Shown here: positions 59,876 to 64,000 of the stretch, in pieces
Numbering within the stretch: the first letter of the stretch is position 1
Layout: every line of letters begins with the position of its first letter
Notes under the pieces: model-generated
What the model was told of the DNA's origin: nothing
Databases searched by the model: none
What the model saw: the letters and a program-made list of their open reading frames with translations, nothing else
Assembly: GCF_009914755.1 (NCBI RefSeq)
Contig: NC_060931.1
DNA length: 64,000 bases
Reading direction: 5' to 3' (one strand)
DNA from: the human T2T-CHM13v2.0 reference genome, Homo sapiens
Translations under genes and position numbers: made by a program

Positions 59876-60096
59876 GGATTTGCAAAACACCTGGGTTTAA
59901 ACTGTCAGGATCCAACTTGTCTTCTTTCCAACCCACCTCCTTCAGTGATTCCACATCCATTCCGGGTGCTGCAGACTAAGGGATGGATTTGCAAAACACC
60001 TGGGTTTAAACTGTCAGGATCCAACTTGTCTTCTTCCCCACTCACCTCCTTCAGTGATTCCACATCCATTCCGGGTGCTGCAGACTAAGGGATGGA
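59876..60096. repeat. 109-bp tandem duplication
   Basis: Copies start at 59876 and 59985; 3 mismatches; GGA junction microhomology. Confidence 0.97.
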
Positions 60097-61813
60097 ACAG
60101 TTACCCCTGTAACAGTCATAGATGTGGTAGGAAGAGGCTGGCACAGATCAGGCATCACAATGAGCAATCCCAAATACGTTGGAGTGATTTGTTTGCAACA
60201 TCTCTTAAATCTTTTCCTAGAGGTGCTTACAGGCAGGGAAAAGGGCTGATCTTCAGTTTCACCACTCTCCCATCTGGTCAGCTCTGAAAATCCCCTGCTG
60301 GGCATATTCTACATGCCAGGCAGTGGGCAGAGCACAGAGGATGCACAGATGACTGGCTACAGTACCATCACTATGTTCAGGTGCTCTCAGGCCAGCAGGG
60401 GAGATGGGAGAGTGAATGAACTCATGCATTTTGTTTTTGTTTTTCTTTCTTGCACAGAGGCATGAACTAATAATCCTCTATGGAGGGCTGCTCAGTTAGA
60501 GGCCAAGAAGGTTTTCTGAAAGAGACATTTAAGATGGCATTAGGATGTGAAGGATGAGGAATGGAACTAGAGGGAAGAGGGACATAGAAGATATTCAGGG
60601 CATCCCTAAGGGGGCTTCAGACTACAATTACCTGGTGCAGAGTCTTTGTATAAATAGAGATTTTAGGAAATTACTCCAGAATCAGAATTTCTAGTGATGA
60701 GATCCCAGATTCTAGTTTTTGCAAGCTGCTGAGATGATTCTGAATGCAGCTGACTGACCTACAGATTTGTGTTTGGGATCCATCAATCACACCTAGCACC
60801 CTCCCTCCACATTTATAAATAGCTGAGAAAAATTTGGCATTGACGGAGAGCACAGACAACAGTTAGGTTCAGCCCCAAAAATAGGGCTCTGGCCTATTGA
60901 TTCCAAATTCAATGTCTGGACCACCAGTTCCCGAAGAGCTCCACCAGGAACATCATTTTCCATGAAGCACATTTTTGGCCAACAGGACACAGGCCTCTTC
61001 TGCCATCCCCACCTGGGTTTCTGCCTGCATGAGAGTATCAGCCACGCGTTACAGCTGTGCCCACTGCGACCTCATCTTCCCCTGCAGAGGGCAAAGGCAC
61101 TCCACATGTATCGTCATTTCCTGGCCTCAAGTGCCCAAAGAATGAGTTAATGAATGAAGTCCACAAATAGGGCTCACAAAAGGCACTCCTCAGAGGGTAT
61201 GGGAAGTATAAAAATGGTCGCTTCTCCCAGACAGACCTTATTTTCTCTGAACCGACCAAAAACCAAAATCCAGAAATCAAACTGCGATACTGGAAAACAC
61301 AGCAAACTTGAAATTTAAGTCTTAATGCAAACAACAGAAAATGCTGTGAAATTTCTTTGCATCTCTGAGCTCACCGGTGTCTCCTAATTCCATCCCTTTC
61401 AACCCGCGATGGCCTCTGGCCACAGAATTTTGGAGAAGAGGTTCAAAACTCATACATACTCTCACATCTACTGTATGCCGGCCGAGGCCAAAGAATTCTG
61501 CTGTTTGTTGATTACATTTTTTCATTTTATCTTGACAACCACACACTGGCATCATTTCCATCTATACAAGAGGAAACGGAAGCTATGAGAACTTAATAAA
61601 TTTCCCCTAAGTCACAGAGCAAGTGGGTGGTGATTAATTTCAACATGGATCTGTGTAGGTCTGGATCCCACAAGGCAGCTCAGGGAAGTGTCTAAGGGAA
61701 CAAATGGGACCAAGCCTCGCAACAGGCACAAAGCCTGATTGAGCACTTTCTAGTGTGGCATAGTTACCTTAATGGACAGCAAGGTCAACACAGCAATCAG
61801 AACAGTCTACCTT

Positions 61814-62112
61814 GGCCAGGTGCAGTGGCTCCTTCCAGTAATTCCAGTGCTTTGGGAGGCCAAAGCAGGAGGTTAACTTGAAGCCAGGAGTTTGAGACCA
61901 GCATGGGCAACATAGCAAAACCCCATCTCTACAGAAAATAAAAAGATTAGCCCGGCATGGTGGTGCATGTCTATAGTCCTAGTTACTTAGGAGGCTGAGG
62001 TGAGAGGATGGCCTGAGCCCAGGAGTTCAAGGCTGCAGTGAGTTATGACTATGCCACTGTACTCCAGCCTGGGTGACAGAGCAAGACCCTGTCTCTAAAA
62101 TAAAAAAAAATT
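61814..62112 (+). mobile_element. AluJ
   Basis: GAGCCCAGGAGTTCAAGGCTGCAGTGAGTTATGA; GGGCAACATAGCAAAACCCC. Confidence 0.95.
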
Positions 62113-62139
62113 AATTAATTTAAAAAAGAATAACTTGCA

Positions 62140-63075
<936 letters not shown>

Positions 63076-64000
63076 TGGGGAAGCAAGGAGTTGTTTGGTT
63101 ATTGTACTTGTACTGAGGGAGAAAGGGGATATGAAAGGTCTGAGAATGTGGTTCCAAAGGCCTGAATATGCTCCATTTCCAGAGTGAACTGAGAACACTT
63201 AAGTTGGGGTTTTACCATGTGTGTGCTACTTGGCTTATAAGAAATGGGCTCAGCTCTGCACTTGAACATCAGGATAAATTGTTCCAGAGATGAAGAGCCA
63301 AGACACTATCAAGTTTCAATTGCTAGCTGAAACCCCTGATAACTGCTAGAAAAATAATATGCAATTATAGTCTAGAAACGTATATTATCAAGGCCACGGT
63401 GCTCTCAGAATGTAATAAATGAAATGTGGGTAACCACACATGTGGTAAAAATCCCAACCCCCAATGTGTATCACAGATGCCTCGTCACCCACAGGCACTG
63501 GGGAGGGAGGGAGGAAAAAACAGACGCTTCAAATTCAACACTGGCTGAACCGTGGATGAAGGGACAAAAAGCCAAGAAACGTTTTCTATGTTCTTTCCAG
63601 TTATGGTCTTCAAATGTCTATGCCCTGTAGGCTCTTGGGTGACTAGTAGAGAATTATAAGTAGACAAGCAAGTAAGAATACTTCTGCAGAGAGTAATGCA
63701 ATGACAAAATGTTGGTTTCTTCTTCTGTAATGTTCGTTATATCTAGAGTGGATTTTGGCACAGTGGAATGACACTAAGGCAGTAACTGTTGCCTCCTAGG
63801 GTTAGGGCATTGCATGGCCGTGTGCCTCTCCAACACCCAGAGGCTCCTCAACAAGTGACCTTGGGTCTTCAGCAAAATTGAGGACAGCGAGAGTTACATG
63901 CCAGGCATCCCTAAATAGAATATCCCCAGGGCCCTTACTCAAAGACGAAGGAACCATTTTAAAGGACTGTTAAAAGGACACAGTGCTCACATACATGGAA

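Overview
Primate (most likely human) repeat-rich genomic DNA, with no intact protein-coding gene that I can recognise. It contains about 20 Alu/FLAM copies (J, S and Y ages, many with visible target-site duplications), old L1M and L1PA 3' fragments, L2/MIR relics, ERV1 and MaLR solo LTRs, an ERVL internal fragment, Tigger-family DNA transposons, and a near full-length frameshifted RPS10 processed pseudogene at about 6.2-6.8 kb. Structures not explained by the repeats: (i) the RPS10 retrocopy carries, inside its own TSDs, a ~174-bp inverted copy of the LTR lying just downstream; (ii) a non-Alu 100-bp/91% inverted repeat (46841-47540) that encloses a candidate 43-nt minus-strand exon; (iii) a chain of minus-strand exon-like segments with good splice sites, ending in a poly(A) signal near 2.9 kb, which suggests a spliced and probably non-coding transcript; (iv) a 34-bp minisatellite built from consensus 5' splice sites; (v) several local duplications. 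Repeat subfamily names come from recalled consensus sequences and need RepeatMasker/Dfam confirmation. Exon calls rest on splice motifs only.
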